From: an uncultured Coriobacteriales bacterium
Lineage (GTDB): Bacteria > Actinomycetota > Coriobacteriia > Coriobacteriales > UMGS124
NCBI GenBank assembly: GCA_902464015.1
Contig: CABQHM010000008.1
Coordinates: forward strand, 6,253-70,252
DNA length: 64,000 nt
Direction: 5' to 3'
Positions 63,704 to 64,000 of the stretch are shown piece after piece. A program made the position numbers and the translations under genes. Numbering within the stretch: position 1 is the stretch's first letter; every line of letters begins with the position of its first letter. The notes under the pieces are model-generated. The model saw only the letters and a list, made by a program, of their open reading frames with translations, was not told where the DNA came from and searched no databases.

Positions 63704-64000
63704 TTATGCTCCCTGGACGATGGTGAGATAGTCGGTGGGTGCGGGGAACTGCTTGCTGTTTGCCAGTGACTCTTTCAGGCAGGAGCGGCTGTCCGCGCCC
63801 TCAATGGCGTAGTCCGTCCGCTTGGTCTTGAGGTTTTCGGGCATGGGGCAGTTGCAGAAGTTCTCGTCTTCCATCCACACATCGGTACCTGCGACGAACA
63901 CGGTGTAGGTCGCGGCCTCGTTCAACGGCTCGCCGTTGACAGTAATCTCTTCCAGGTGGAACTTGCCCCGCTCATATTCGGTCACCTTGTACTCCATGCC
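63704..64000 (-). CDS. 3' fragment of an unknown gene; 5' part lies beyond the right window edge
   Basis: Track ORF 63704..63997 is open to the window end. It stops 4 nt before the kinase start. The sequence is natural ([27 protein letters not shown]). Confidence 0.5.
   Translation of the reverse strand, partial: GMEYKVTEYERGKFHLEEITVNGEPLNEAATYTVFVAGTDVWMEDENFCNCPMPENLKTKRTDYAIEGADSRSCLKESLANSKQFPAPTDYLTIVQGA

Overview
GC-rich, gene-dense 64-kb chromosomal window with about 50 credible CDS. I saw no rRNA, tRNA or CRISPR. The content (Tat-exported flavoprotein and molybdopterin reductases beside a polytopic LuxR and a Crp/Fnr regulator, plus several hybrid kinases) suggests a Coriobacteriia/Eggerthellaceae-type gut actinobacterium; this is inference only. 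Order, left to right: an edge-truncated membrane lipase (absent from the ORF track); a lysine-riboswitch-controlled NhaC-family transporter; an MMPL transporter; a Zn-peptidase; a Tat-exported SBP; a UvrA2-like ATPase coupled to two unknown genes; a 7-gene minus-strand operon (13.4-18.8 kb); a 5'-nucleotidase; a spermidine-synthase-like methyltransferase; a YefM/MazF pair; a rhomboid; an NSS transporter; a family-6-like UDG; an isochorismatase-GNAT fusion; YitT; a frameshifted unknown gene; LuxR plus flavoprotein reductase; a Mo-bisPGD reductase with FeS subunit and Crp; a more AT-rich defence island (37.3-50.0 kb) holding Abi_2, two XRE regulators, four unknown genes, type I R-M hsdMSR and an hsdR-coupled unknown membrane protein; asparaginase; a structured repeat element; topoisomerase III; and a signalling cluster of two hybrid kinases, an SBP and an HD-GYP regulator. 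Best candidate for an undescribed system: the 13.4-18.8 kb operon, built on a CbbX/SpoVK-type AAA+ ATPase, a lipoprotein with a degenerate vWA-like region and an OmpA-like domain, a membrane protein and four small proteins. Second candidate: the uncharacterised genes and the conserved-hairpin repeats inside the Abi/type I R-M island. Many long ORFs in the track are antisense shadows typical of high-GC DNA and were not called. All coordinates I derived by hand may be off by 1-3 nt.
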